63,426 nt of DNA from a bacterium. Its GTDB lineage: Bacteria > Patescibacteriota > Minisyncoccia > Phycocordibacterales > CAIZIN01. Each line of letters opens with the position of its first letter. Position 1 is the stretch's first letter. Positions 53,346 to 63,274 of the stretch are shown piece after piece. The notes beneath the pieces are model-generated. The model had not been told where the DNA came from, ran no database searches, and saw only the letters and a program-made list of their open reading frames with translations. The DNA is taken from the NCBI GenBank assembly GCA_031409775.1, contig JANNXY010000034.1, positions 1-63,426 of the forward strand. Direction: 5' to 3'. A program made the translations under genes and the position numbers.

Positions 53346-54443
53346 ATGAGAGCAGAATGCTTAAAAGAAAAACTAGTATCTTCTCTGGCCAAAGCAGAGA
53401 GGGTAACTAGCAAGAATCCGAGTCTAGCCATATTGGAGTCTGTTCTACTGGGTGCTTCTGACAACCAGCTAGTGATCAAGTCAACTAATCTGGAGGTTGG
53501 TGTGGAACTCACTGTTCCCTCCAAGGTTGTTGAGGAGGGTGTTGTTGCAGTAAACGCCGGCCCACTGCTGTCATTCCTGAACACTCTGCCAGAGGAGAAG
53601 AATGTATTGCTCGACGCAACTAGCAAAGGTGCACTCGTTGTTAATTGTGGCAAACATACAGCTTCGTTTAAAACCGTTCCATACGAGGATTTCCCGCATA
53701 TTCCTTCCCCGTCTGGATCCAACTACCAGGTTGACTGTGAGTCTCTCCTACAGGGACTACGGGATGTTTGGTATAGTGCCTCTGTATCCGGTATCAAGCC
53801 AGAACTGTCCAGTGTGTATCTGTATAACGAGGGTGATAGCCTGGTTTTTACCGCAACAGATTCATTCAGATTAGCTGAGAAGAAGATAAAGAGTAAAAAT
53901 CCTCCACATGATCTGTCTATACTGATCCCACAGAAGAATATTCCAGATATTATCAAAGTTCTCGAAGGTGTCCGTGGAGAAGCTTCTGTATCTATCGAGA
54001 ACGGCCAAGTTTCTGTCTCTGTTCCACACATATACATCACTTCTAGGTTGGTGATAGGGAACTTCTTCGAATATCGCAAGATTTTCCCCAAAGAATTCTC
54101 TACAGAGGTTGTATTGCTGAGGGATGATATTGTACAAGCACTACGTATGATGAAGATATTTTCTGACAAATTCAACCAAGTATCCCTGTCCATTGTTGGT
54201 TCCAAAGAGACTTGTGAGATAAAGAGTAAAAACAGTGATGTTGGTGAGGCGACATATGTGTTCAAGGCCAAGGTCAAAGGGGAAAGTGTTACTCTCAATT
54301 TTAATCATAAGTATTTATTCGACTGTCTGCAGTCTATCAAGTCCGATAGTGTGGTGTTTAAATTCAACGGAGCAGGCAAAGCACTGCTTGTCGAGGGTTA
54401 CAATGATAACTCTTTTATCTATCTAGTAATGCCGAACCGGTAA
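53346..54443 (+). CDS. dnaN: DNA polymerase III beta sliding clamp
   Basis: 365 aa starting MRAECLKEKL. Three-domain length and position after dnaA. Track upstream extension rejected. Confidence 0.85.
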   Translation: MRAECLKEKLVSSLAKAERVTSKNPSLAILESVLLGASDNQLVIKSTNLEVGVELTVPSKVVEEGVVAVNAGPLLSFLNTLPEEKNVLLDATSKGALVVNCGKHTASFKTVPYEDFPHIPSPSGSNYQVDCESLLQGLRDVWYSASVSGIKPELSSVYLYNEGDSLVFTATDSFRLAEKKIKSKNPPHDLSILIPQKNIPDIIKVLEGVRGEASVSIENGQVSVSVPHIYITSRLVIGNFFEYRKIFPKEFSTEVVLLRDDIVQALRMMKIFSDKFNQVSLSIVGSKETCEIKSKNSDVGEATYVFKAKVKGESVTLNFNHKYLFDCLQSIKSDSVVFKFNGAGKALLVEGYNDNSFIYLVMPNR

Positions 54444-54460
54444 TCTGGTAGAATCAGGTC

Positions 54461-54715
54461 ATGTTACATATTTCCCTCCTTCTGGACAAGTTCAAAGAAA
54501 TAGAAAACGTTCTCATGGGCGATGAGAATATGATGTTAAAGATCATTCAAGAAGAAACCGGTATAATCCTCAAGCGTGACAAAATAAAAATCACTCAGAC
54601 CGGGGTAAAGATCGACTGTTCCCCCATTGAACGCAGTCGCCTGCTCGAATCCCGCGAAGAAATTGAAAGAAAGATCAATGAGTTTCTGAAGAGGGTGGGG
54701 GCGAGGATAAATTAG
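54461..54715 (+). CDS. small hypothetical protein, possibly DUF721/DciA-like
   Basis: 84 aa directly after dnaN. The weak call rests on size and context only. Confidence 0.3.
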   Translation: MLHISLLLDKFKEIENVLMGDENMMLKIIQEETGIILKRDKIKITQTGVKIDCSPIERSRLLESREEIERKINEFLKRVGARIN

Positions 54716-55244
54716 AAGTAAATTTTATGCTCCTGAGCATTTCTTCTAAAACAAATTTATTTTGTTGGTCACCATAAAAAGCGATATCAATAAATTTATT
54801 TGAAGAATTTGGAATAGTTATTTTGTAGAAAATGTAGTTTTTGTTTTCAACAAAGTAAGCTTTTTGGCCTGAGATAGTGGTTTCTTTTGGGATATCTGGC
54901 GAATCTTCATATATTACCTGATCTGTATCAGAGACCCCAAAAGCGATTTTACTAGTGTCCTTTGAGAATACACTTCCACTCTGTGCTATAGATTCAGGAT
55001 AGTTAAATATTTGAGAGCCAGCATCTTCTCTCCAGGTACTTGGGTAAGAAAAACTAAATTTTAATGAATCATCCTTGTAAGTTTTCCAAGTAGAGACATC
55101 GTCTGTTTTAATTAATGATTTTGCTACCTCGTTTGCATAATAAGCATTAACCTCTTCATCAGCTAAAGGGGTGGGTGGGATGATTGGAGTTTGGTCTTTA
55201 TGATTTAGAAGAATTATCCCGATAACAACACAGGCCAGAACCAT
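54675..55244 (-). CDS. hypothetical secreted or anchored protein
   Basis: Starts directly with a hydrophobic helix MVLACVVIGIILL. An upstream ATG (55279) plus an A8 tract would give a canonical MNKNKKK n-region if one base were added. Confidence 0.5.
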   Translation of the reverse strand: MVLACVVIGIILLNHKDQTPIIPPTPLADEEVNAYYANEVAKSLIKTDDVSTWKTYKDDSLKFSFSYPSTWREDAGSQIFNYPESIAQSGSVFSKDTSKIAFGVSDTDQVIYEDSPDIPKETTISGQKAYFVENKNYIFYKITIPNSSNKFIDIAFYGDQQNKFVLEEMLRSIKFTSNLSSPPPSSETH

Positions 55245-55355
55245 TCCATATAATAATAGTTTTTTTTATTTTTGTTCATTTGTTTAGATTGGCATTTTGG
55301 TTAATAAATAAAAAGCTGATTTCTACCGAGAAACCAGTGGTGTGATCGATTTGTA

Positions 55356-56513
55356 TTACTTTTCGATATTGCTTGACGGGTAGTATACTGGCTCAGATTT
55401 TGGTGAGCCAAGTTTGTATGTCCACAGATATCGATCTTCCATTGTCACAGAATTTAGTTCTTTATCGTCACCGATACTCAGCCCATTGTCTGTGCCGTCC
55501 CAAATAGCTTTTGCTGTCGATCGGTAATAGAACGATACGTGTAAATGGGTGCCAAACGATATTCCAGTATTACCCATAATCCCAAGTTTTTGACCTTGAA
55601 CTACAGTTGAACCCTTTTTAACCAGAGGGGTGTCTTGCGTGTGGCCGTACACCGTTTGAAAGCCGGTCCTTTTGTCCCCATCTCCGTCGTGATCGATTTT
55701 TACATAATAACCATTTGGGTTGTTTCTATCATTACCAACCTCAAGCACGTATCCTCCAGCCATTGCCAGGATTGATACGTCAGTGGCTGTCACTACTTTT
55801 TTAGAAGAGGTTAGGTACCTTGGAACAAAATCAAGCGAGTAATGCTTCTCTCCTTTGTGATATGGATCGTCAGAACCACCATAGAATTTACCCCCCCCCG
55901 GTTCGACTGTTAGCTGCCAGCTCTTTCCACTTGGGAGCGGCATTTTGAAACTTGGAGGGGCTTCGGTGTAATTAACAACAATTCGAGGTTTACTACCTCC
56001 TCGAGCTTCTCGACTAGGGAAGTGATAGTAGTTGTTTCGCGTTTGGTTTGGTATCAAGGCAATTCCGTAATTGGACCCATTCATCCAGTTTTGGACGAAT
56101 TCCTTAGCATCGAAGGTGAAACCATCATTTTCGCTAAGCTTGATTTTGCCATAGTTGTTTCCACGAATATTGCTGTACCTCGTGCCATCTTCTTTCCAGG
56201 ATTTGGTAAGAAGCATGATGTCGCAAGAAGTTACAAGTTTGTTTTCCTTGTCATTTGCATCCTCGTCTGGATACATGTACAACCACGCATTGTTGATGAT
56301 ACTTCCCTTTGGGATGGTACTAACATCAAACCTCCAGAGACCGACATATTCATCTCCCCATCCACCGATGCGGATTGTTTTGGTGTCGCCGACGGTAGAG
56401 GTTTGGTACTTGCTCCCCACGAAGGCGTCCATTTCTGGGTAGATACGGACTATTTCCCCTATCACTGTCAGGGAAAATAACATTGCTGCGATTAAGCTAA
56501 CATATAGTTTCAT
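55356..56513 (-). CDS. secreted M23 peptidase with N-terminal beta-sandwich domain
   Basis: Signal peptide. C-terminal M23 motifs HYSLDF and GNTGISFGTHLHVSF. Contains a G9 homopolymer (55891-55899). Confidence 0.8.
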   Translation of the reverse strand: MKLYVSLIAAMLFSLTVIGEIVRIYPEMDAFVGSKYQTSTVGDTKTIRIGGWGDEYVGLWRFDVSTIPKGSIINNAWLYMYPDEDANDKENKLVTSCDIMLLTKSWKEDGTRYSNIRGNNYGKIKLSENDGFTFDAKEFVQNWMNGSNYGIALIPNQTRNNYYHFPSREARGGSKPRIVVNYTEAPPSFKMPLPSGKSWQLTVEPGGGKFYGGSDDPYHKGEKHYSLDFVPRYLTSSKKVVTATDVSILAMAGGYVLEVGNDRNNPNGYYVKIDHDGDGDKRTGFQTVYGHTQDTPLVKKGSTVVQGQKLGIMGNTGISFGTHLHVSFYYRSTAKAIWDGTDNGLSIGDDKELNSVTMEDRYLWTYKLGSPKSEPVYYPSSNIEK

Positions 56514-56728
56514 TTAGTTGTAACTTTCTAGTGTTCTGAACTGTTCGTTTTTTGAATTTCCTTTGACCACACGGACAGAGAAAAAGAATGATCAATGTTT
56601 ATTAAAGATCAAATCCAGAAAAACTATAGCACGTAACCTATAATTAGTCATTTTTTTATTCGGATAATCACCAACATTCCATATAAATGAATTTTTGAAA
56701 AGGGTCGGGGCGAAGATTAGGTAAACTG

Positions 56729-59158
56729 CTAGTCAGAAAGCTCAAATGATTTTTCTATATCTTCACGTGTGTTCCCAGGACCATAGAGCCTTACTTTGAT
56801 TCGGTTCTTATCTTTTATATTTTTTATATCCGCAGGAACAAAGGAAAAGACAAAAGGGTTTTTATTGAATGATCCAACAAACGTGTTGTTTACGAACACT
56901 TCTGCTTTGTCTATTACTGCTCCTTGGGGGATAGATAGTACAACAGGAATCTGGGTGTCACGGGGGTATTTGTTGGTGGGATATGGCGAGAGGATGCTCA
57001 CATCATCTAGCAGGTTCTCTGTAGGTGTGCTGGGGGTATTTGTTGTGCTGTCAGTGGTGGTTCCTGTAGGCTGTGCGCTTCCGAACCAGTTCCTCACACC
57101 ACGCTCCCACAGTCTGTACTGTGGATCATTGGACGGATTCCTAGGGGCTGGTCCCAATGGATCTCTCCTGCTTACGAAATGCAATATACTGTGGGCACCA
57201 CCTGATAAGTCACCTCTGATGATCGGTTTGACGTCGGGATCCTGCGGTTCTGGCGAAGAGAACGCCACCTCTTCGTTTCTAGATAGGGCATAGTTCATAA
57301 ACTCTGCCCAGAACGGTGCTACGATGAGTCCAGAAGTCTTCTTCTCCATCGATGTATTGTCGTTGTTACCAGCCCATGCACCCACTGATATATACGGTGT
57401 GTAGCCTATTATCCAAGCGTCTCTATAGTCGTTTGTTGTACCTGTTTTTAGTGCTACAGAACGGCCTGGGAAGCTCACTACAGAGTTGGAACCGAACAGT
57501 GGTATTCGTGCATTCCTGTCTGCGAGTATGCTTGTGACATTGAGTGCAGACTCACGGGGTAGAACTTCTTCTTCTACAAATTCTGCCTTATAAATTTCTT
57601 TACCAGACTTGTTCTGGATAGACAGGATGGATCTGTGGGGGTGCTTCTTACCCTCTGCAGCGAACACTCCATAAGCCCCAACCATATCTAGTAGCTTGAC
57701 CTCCCCACCCCCGAGTACTAGTGATAGTCCGAATCTAGAAGTGTCAGTGAGTCCTGTTATACCCATCTTGGTTGCCAACTCTACAGCACTGTCTATACCG
57801 ACCAGGTATAGCAGTTTCACCGCCGGGATGTTGATCGACTGGGATAGTGCTGCACGAAGGCTCATAGGCCCACGGAACAGTTCGTCATAGTTGTGTGGGT
57901 GGTAGCAGGTGCTTTCGTCAGAAGTGTTGCAGTTCGTTGAGAACTCGGTAGGAACGTCATATAGGATCGTTTCTGGACGATAGCCTATGTTGAATGCAGC
58001 TGCGTATACTATGGGTTTAAATGATGATCCCGGCTGACGTAGAGCCGTGGCGATGTTGTAGTTGCCTTGAATTTCTTTGTCAAAGTAGTCTCTAGAGCCA
58101 ACCATGGTTAGTATGTCACCGTTTGTGGGGTCGATCGATACTAGGGCTAGGTTCTCTGCGTTGAACTTTGTCTTATTCTCATTGGCCCACTTCTCTGCTA
58201 GATCTTCTGCCTTTTGCTCGAGGTCATAGTCAAGTGTAGTGATAACTTTGAGCCCACCTTCAGCGATGGTTTCTTCACCGAACATTTCTGTTAGTTGTTC
58301 TCGCACAAACATTACAAAGTGGGGAGCCTTGATACTACTGTTCTCTGCTGGTGCAAATGTTACAATAGCTGTTTTTGCTGATTCGAACTCGGCATCATCT
58401 ATTAGACCGTTCTTGTTCATCTGAGTTAGGACTAGGTTCTTTCTCTTGTCCAACGCTTCACGATGGCTTCCATACGGAGAGTAGTAGGTTGGGGCCTGAG
58501 GCAGTGCTGCCAGATAAGCCGACTCGACCAGTGTCAGGTCTACTGCTTTCTTGCCAAAGAAAACCCTACTTGCCTCCTCTATACCATAGACGTTGCCACC
58601 GTACGGGGAGCTGTTTAGGTACAGAGTGAGAATGTCTTCTTTACTCAGTATCTTTTCCAGTTTGAGTGCCAGGATCCACTCTTTTATCTTTCTTGTGATC
58701 GTCTTTTCGCGGGTAAGCAGGGCGTTTTTTATTACTTGTTGGGTTATGGTAGAACCACCTTGGCCGTATTCACCGGACAAGGCGTTGGCAATCACAGCAC
58801 GGATGATGGATGTTATCTTTATACCACCATGGCTATAGAAGTCTTCGTCTTCGATAGCGATAGATGCTTGACGGACATAGGGAGACATTTCTTCTGCTGG
58901 TACGTTGGTACGGCGGAAGTTTTTATTTATATCGAACAATACAACCTTACCAGTTCTGTCATATATCTTGGTCGATTCTGCTACTGTGATGCTCTCTGTA
59001 GAGTCGAGTGGTGGTAGTTCTAATGTAGTGATCCACAATGCTATCCCACCAGAGAACAGTAGTATCCCACCTAGGATCAGAGGGAGGTTTCTCTGTACCC
59101 ATTTCCATGTGTGAATCCACAAATGGTGGAACTTTTTACGGAGTTTGGATTTGATCAT
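56729..59158 (-). CDS. class A penicillin-binding protein (PBP1A-type transglycosylase/transpeptidase)
   Basis: GT51 motifs EDEDFYSHGG and GGSTITQQ. Transpeptidase motifs SSFKP (SxxK) and KTGTT. Confidence 0.9.
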   Translation of the reverse strand: MIKSKLRKKFHHLWIHTWKWVQRNLPLILGGILLFSGGIALWITTLELPPLDSTESITVAESTKIYDRTGKVVLFDINKNFRRTNVPAEEMSPYVRQASIAIEDEDFYSHGGIKITSIIRAVIANALSGEYGQGGSTITQQVIKNALLTREKTITRKIKEWILALKLEKILSKEDILTLYLNSSPYGGNVYGIEEASRVFFGKKAVDLTLVESAYLAALPQAPTYYSPYGSHREALDKRKNLVLTQMNKNGLIDDAEFESAKTAIVTFAPAENSSIKAPHFVMFVREQLTEMFGEETIAEGGLKVITTLDYDLEQKAEDLAEKWANENKTKFNAENLALVSIDPTNGDILTMVGSRDYFDKEIQGNYNIATALRQPGSSFKPIVYAAAFNIGYRPETILYDVPTEFSTNCNTSDESTCYHPHNYDELFRGPMSLRAALSQSINIPAVKLLYLVGIDSAVELATKMGITGLTDTSRFGLSLVLGGGEVKLLDMVGAYGVFAAEGKKHPHRSILSIQNKSGKEIYKAEFVEEEVLPRESALNVTSILADRNARIPLFGSNSVVSFPGRSVALKTGTTNDYRDAWIIGYTPYISVGAWAGNNDNTSMEKKTSGLIVAPFWAEFMNYALSRNEEVAFSSPEPQDPDVKPIIRGDLSGGAHSILHFVSRRDPLGPAPRNPSNDPQYRLWERGVRNWFGSAQPTGTTTDSTTNTPSTPTENLLDDVSILSPYPTNKYPRDTQIPVVLSIPQGAVIDKAEVFVNNTFVGSFNKNPFVFSFVPADIKNIKDKNRIKVRLYGPGNTREDIEKSFELSD

Positions 59159-59198
59159 ATATTTTTACAATCTTATCATAGAATGGTAAAGTAGCGAT

Positions 59199-60407
59199 AT
59201 GCTAAATAGTAAAATTGTGGACACAGATGAAAGAAAAATAGAAGAGCTTGTGAACCGGGGGGTCGAGGATGTTTTCGTAAAAGAAACTTTACTTGGGAAA
59301 CTTCGCTCAGGTAAACAGCTCCGGGTCAAACTCGGATTCGACCCAACTGGCCCCAACATTCACATCGGCCGCGCTGTAGTGTTGCGCAAGCTAAAAGCTT
59401 TCCAAGAGTTAGGACACAAAATTGTTTTTCTTGTGGGAGACTATACGGCCCAGATCGGCGACCCGTCCGACAAGCTAGAGAAGCGTCCGATGCTTACAGC
59501 TGCAAAGATCAAAGAAAGCTTAAAGAATTACAAGAAACAAGTAGGTAAAATTATTGATTTAAAAAAGGCTGAATTCCACTTCAACAGCAAATGGCTAAGC
59601 AAACTAAGTTTCCAGGAAATCTGCAATTTGACTGAGATATTTTCAGTTCATCAGATGCTTTCCCGTAGGAATTTCGCAGAAAGGTTCGAAAAAAAGCAAG
59701 AAATCTCTATACGTGAATTCATGTACCCGCTCATGCAGGGTTATGACTCCGTTATGCTCAAGTCAGATATAGAAATCGGGGGGTTTGATCAGCTATTTAA
59801 CCTCAAAGCTGGCCGAATTATTCAGAAATTCTATGGCCAGGCCGAGCAGGATGTGCTTACTTGCCAAATGCTCGAGGGAACTGATGGTAGGAAAATGTCT
59901 ACAAGCTGGAATAATGTAATCAATATCGTAGACGAGCCGAACGATATGTACGGCAAGATCATGGCTCTGCGCGATGAATTGATTCCCAAATATTTTTTGC
60001 TCGCTACAGATGTACCAGAGTCATATGTAAAGGAGATTGAAGACAAGCTAAAAGGTGGTCAGAATCCCAAAGAGCTAAAGATGGAACTAGCTTACGAGAT
60101 AGTCAGACTCTATCACGGTAATGTTCTAGCAGACAAAGCTCAATCTAGATTCGTTTCAGTATTTAGCAAGAAGAACATCCCCGATGATGTGAGAGTGGTA
60201 GAAGTCGCTACTGGAGCGATACTCCGCGACCTGCTAGTGGACACAGGTTATGTGGCGTCGAGGGCAGAGTGGGGGAGGCTCGTCCAGGCAGGGGCAGTTC
60301 AGAACATGAACACTGGTGCCAAGATAGAAAACCACCTAGTAGATGCCGAAACCCACACAGTATACCGTGTGGGCAAGAAGCATTTTGTCAAAGTTGTGGT
60401 CAAATAG
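59199..60407 (+). CDS. tyrS: tyrosine--tRNA ligase
   Basis: Class I motifs PTGPNIHIGR (HIGH-like) and KMSTS (KMSKS). C-terminal S4-like domain. Confidence 0.9.
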   Translation: MLNSKIVDTDERKIEELVNRGVEDVFVKETLLGKLRSGKQLRVKLGFDPTGPNIHIGRAVVLRKLKAFQELGHKIVFLVGDYTAQIGDPSDKLEKRPMLTAAKIKESLKNYKKQVGKIIDLKKAEFHFNSKWLSKLSFQEICNLTEIFSVHQMLSRRNFAERFEKKQEISIREFMYPLMQGYDSVMLKSDIEIGGFDQLFNLKAGRIIQKFYGQAEQDVLTCQMLEGTDGRKMSTSWNNVINIVDEPNDMYGKIMALRDELIPKYFLLATDVPESYVKEIEDKLKGGQNPKELKMELAYEIVRLYHGNVLADKAQSRFVSVFSKKNIPDDVRVVEVATGAILRDLLVDTGYVASRAEWGRLVQAGAVQNMNTGAKIENHLVDAETHTVYRVGKKHFVKVVVK

Positions 60408-60417
60408 TAAACCTGAT

Positions 60418-60603
60418 CTAGAAATCATCCTCGTCATCCATTGGCTCTATATCTAGACCCTCCTCATCTTCTTCTTCGGTGCCACCGAGTAGAGGGTCAG
60501 CTTCTAGAAGCGGGTCTACGATAGTGTCATCAACCACAACATCCTCGTCTATTTCTATAATCTTGTTATCACCAACATCTTTTATTTCATCTTCGTCTGA
60601 CAT
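60418..60603 (-). CDS. hyper-acidic small protein (61 aa)
   Basis: About half of the residues are D/E. Last gene of the yebC-ruvC transcription direction. Could be spurious. Confidence 0.35.
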   Translation of the reverse strand: MSDEDEIKDVGDNKIIEIDEDVVVDDTIVDPLLEADPLLGGTEEEDEEGLDIEPMDDEDDF

Positions 60604-60690
60604 TTGTGCAATTAAATTAGTTATAAATCTCCCAACCTATAAAAAGGTTGCACTATTTGTAACACAGCCAAATATTTTTGCAACTGTAGT

Positions 60691-61170
60691 TTATCCCCTG
60701 TTATTGTATGCGAAATACGTGAGTCCACAGGCAATAGCATCGTATTCGTCATCATGCTTGATTGGTCTATCAATTTTCACCAACAATGGGATCATTTTGA
60801 CCACTTGGCTCTTGTCACTTCTACCATTTCCGGTCACAGATACCTTGATCTGGAGTGGAGTAAACTCATAAACACCTAGACCTCTAGAAGCACACATTCC
60901 TATTATCACCCCACGAGCTTCGGAGACCTTGGTAGCTGTCTTTTGATTGGTATTAAAGAAAAGTTTTTCGATAGAAAGTGCTTCAGGTTTGAATTCCGCA
61001 ATGATTTTATCTATATGATCATGTATCTGACCGAGTCTCACATGATGTAGATCCTTGGCGAGGGTTTTGAAACATTCAGAATGAATCACAATCTCTTTGC
61101 CCCCCGCCACCTTTTCAATTATTGCAATCCCAAGCCTCTCGTAACCCGGGTCGATGGAGATGATTTTCAT
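60691..61170 (-). CDS. ruvC: crossover junction endodeoxyribonuclease RuvC
   Basis: IISIDPGYERLGIAI catalytic Asp motif and C-terminal DEYDAIACG. Confidence 0.9.
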   Translation of the reverse strand: MKIISIDPGYERLGIAIIEKVAGGKEIVIHSECFKTLAKDLHHVRLGQIHDHIDKIIAEFKPEALSIEKLFFNTNQKTATKVSEARGVIIGMCASRGLGVYEFTPLQIKVSVTGNGRSDKSQVVKMIPLLVKIDRPIKHDDEYDAIACGLTYFAYNNRG

Positions 61171-61171
61171 A

Positions 61172-61702
61172 TTATTCTACATTCGTAAATACTTTCTGAA
61201 CCTCGTCATTTTCTTCGAGTTCGTCGGTTAGTTTGTCGAGGAGGGCCAGGTCTTCATCTGACAATTCTGCCATCGTCTGGGGAACCCATTCCTGACCCAC
61301 CTTCGCAAATGCCCACAATGCAGAGCCTTGGGAGGCGAGCTCGAATCCGTTTTTAGATAAAATATGCTTGATCTCCTGTGCGGCTTTGTTGCGGTTACTT
61401 GTGAGTGTATCGATCACGATCGCACAACCTCCTGGTCCATAGGTTTCATAAGTCACTGCTTCCATGGATTCACCACCAGATTCGGTGCCTTTCTTTATCG
61501 CTCGATCTATGACATCTTTGGGTACGTTATCTTTTTTCGCAGCTTCTATGGCTGTGACGAGGGAAGCTGACAATAGGTTTCCATTAGCTTTTTTGGATTC
61601 CATAGTGATAAACCGGGCATGTTTAGAATAAACCTTGCTTTTCTGGGCATCAGTCTTGCCTTTCTGCCTCTTTATTTGTGACCATTTGTTGTGTCCAGAC
61701 AT
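61172..61702 (-). CDS. yebC: YebC/PmpR family protein (short, 176 aa)
   Basis: MSGHNKWSQIKRQKG N-terminal signature and YETYGPGGCAIVIDTLTSNRNK. Shorter than typical versions of about 240 aa. Confidence 0.8.
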   Translation of the reverse strand: MSGHNKWSQIKRQKGKTDAQKSKVYSKHARFITMESKKANGNLLSASLVTAIEAAKKDNVPKDVIDRAIKKGTESGGESMEAVTYETYGPGGCAIVIDTLTSNRNKAAQEIKHILSKNGFELASQGSALWAFAKVGQEWVPQTMAELSDEDLALLDKLTDELEENDEVQKVFTNVE

Positions 61703-61772
61703 GGAACCAGTTTATAGCGAAAGGTTGTAAGTTTCAAGTTGACAAAAGTATATACATGTATATACTTATTAT

Positions 61773-62018
61773 ATGACAACCAAACTTCAAAAGTGGGGCA
61801 ATAGTTCAGGTATAAGGATTCCCAAGCAGATGCTTACCAACCTCAACTTCAAAGAGGGTACAGTTTTAAGCCTTACTGAAACCCCCGAAGGAATTCTAAT
61901 AAAAAGCGCTAAACCCAGATATTATTTCGACATCAAAGATCTGGTCAAAGGCATGAATAAGAAAAATAGACACGAGCTTATAGATTGGGGTAAGCCAGTT
62001 GGCGAAGAAGTATGGTAA
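61773..62018 (+). CDS. MazE/AbrB-type antitoxin
   Basis: LQKWGNSSGIRIPKQM SpoVT/AbrB motif. TTGACA-N16-TATACT ends 6 nt before the ATG. Confidence 0.8.
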   Translation: MTTKLQKWGNSSGIRIPKQMLTNLNFKEGTVLSLTETPEGILIKSAKPRYYFDIKDLVKGMNKKNRHELIDWGKPVGEEVW

Positions 62019-62350
62019 AAGCCTTGCAAAGAGGGGATATTGTTTTGGTTAATTGCGACCTATTTATTGGTCGTGAGCAGAAAGGAATTCGTCCTGCTGT
62101 GGTTATGTCGAGCGAACTCTATAATTCTAGTTCAGATATTGTTATCCTTTGTCCGATTACGAGTACTTTTCGCAAGGATTCTTTCGTTGTTCCAATAATT
62201 TCTAGAAGTGGCAAAACAACTGGGTATGTTTTAGTAGATCAGGTAAAAGCGTTTGATAAGAATCAAAGAAAAGTAAAAAAGTTAGACAGTATTACGGACG
62301 AGTGTTTGGAAATAATAAAAGCTAAACTAGCAGCGTTGCTGATCCAGTAA
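62012..62350 (+). CDS. type II toxin MazF/PemK
   Basis: RGDIVLVNCD...GREQKGIRPAVVMS and LCPITS motifs. 7-nt overlap with the antitoxin. Confidence 0.85.
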   Translation: MVKALQRGDIVLVNCDLFIGREQKGIRPAVVMSSELYNSSSDIVILCPITSTFRKDSFVVPIISRSGKTTGYVLVDQVKAFDKNQRKVKKLDSITDECLEIIKAKLAALLIQ

Positions 62351-62359
62351 ATAAAATCA

Positions 62360-62386
62360 GGCGCAGCTTCCGGGGGAAGCTGCGCC
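62360..62386. terminator. bidirectional hairpin between convergent genes
   Basis: 12-bp stem GGCGCAGCTTCC/GGAAGCTGCGCC. Confidence 0.65.
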
Positions 62387-62399
62387 TGTTGATGGGGTA

Positions 62400-63098
62400 C
62401 TATTTAGTGAAGTATCTACTCCAATCCACAGAATTGTAGCCCAGAGCTACACCCAACTTGTCGGTTTTGTAGAACAAGTCGCGATTCTTTCTCTTGACAG
62501 TCTTGTGGCCATCTCGTTCTGCAGTTTTCACCTCGGCTGCAAACTTCACGAGCAGTCCTTGCAGGTGACTGGACAGTGATTCCTCAAGATTTTGTCCAAG
62601 GTAGTTGAATCCCATGAGCTCATTTTCGTATCGTTCATATCCAAATCGGATGCTGTCAGACAGCTCCTGAACCAAACCGATTTTCAATGCGACACTTCTC
62701 CACATCCTCCATTCCGACGCGACCATCATTGCCGCGTCACCTGGATGATAATTTCCAATAGACAGTCCGTGGATTTGGATGAAGGTTAAACCCCCGAGGA
62801 TGATGAGGGTATAAACCGTGGCGATTGATCCCAAAGAGAGAGCTGAGACGATTTTTAGTGCGATCAGAGTAATAATCACTGATCCTATAGCCCAGAATAT
62901 TCGCTTGTACCAAGTGGTTGACTCTTTTAGGCACTCTTCGGCAGATTTATTGAATCCGCCGAATTGTCTGCAGGAATCGTTGGTATCGATGAGGTGTTTA
63001 GTGAAGTGGGCTCCGATAACCACATGTGCCAAATGGTTGCTTCTGGTGGAAGTTATTTTTGGTTCGGTGGTTTTAGGGGTAGGTGTTGCTTTTTTCAT
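62400..63098 (-). CDS. hypothetical membrane protein
   Basis: Two to three TM helices (IFWAIGSVIITLIALKIVSALSLGSIATVYTLIILGGLTFI). Start taken at the ATG at 63098. Confidence 0.5.
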   Translation of the reverse strand: MKKATPTPKTTEPKITSTRSNHLAHVVIGAHFTKHLIDTNDSCRQFGGFNKSAEECLKESTTWYKRIFWAIGSVIITLIALKIVSALSLGSIATVYTLIILGGLTFIQIHGLSIGNYHPGDAAMMVASEWRMWRSVALKIGLVQELSDSIRFGYERYENELMGFNYLGQNLEESLSSHLQGLLVKFAAEVKTAERDGHKTVKRKNRDLFYKTDKLGVALGYNSVDWSRYFTK

Positions 63099-63126
63099 TT
63101 GTCGATGTACTTTTAAGCCGGTCAAA

Positions 63127-63216
63127 TATTAGATAGGATGCAATGTCCAGGATTATCTTGGCTGCCCGCAAAGGCAGGGTATCCGCAAAGATACCGATAA
63201 TCCTTGGTATCTAATA
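63127..63216 (-). promoter_or_regulatory. structured four-stem element in the 5' leader of the membrane-protein gene
   Basis: P1 TATTAGATA/TATCTAATA; P2 CCAAGGATTATC/GATAATCCTGG; two adjacent hairpins GGTATC-N6-GATACC and CTGCC-N6-GGCAG with identical loops (UUUGCG on the minus strand). Confidence 0.45.
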
Positions 63217-63245
63217 GGAAAACGTTGGCCTGATTTCCATCTGAT

Positions 63246-63274
63246 ATTGTACACCTAAAATAGTTACTTGTCAA
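63246..63274 (-). promoter_or_regulatory. consensus-like promoter driving the structured leader
   Basis: Minus strand TTGACA-N17-TACAAT, about 140 nt upstream of the ATG at 63098. Confidence 0.55.
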
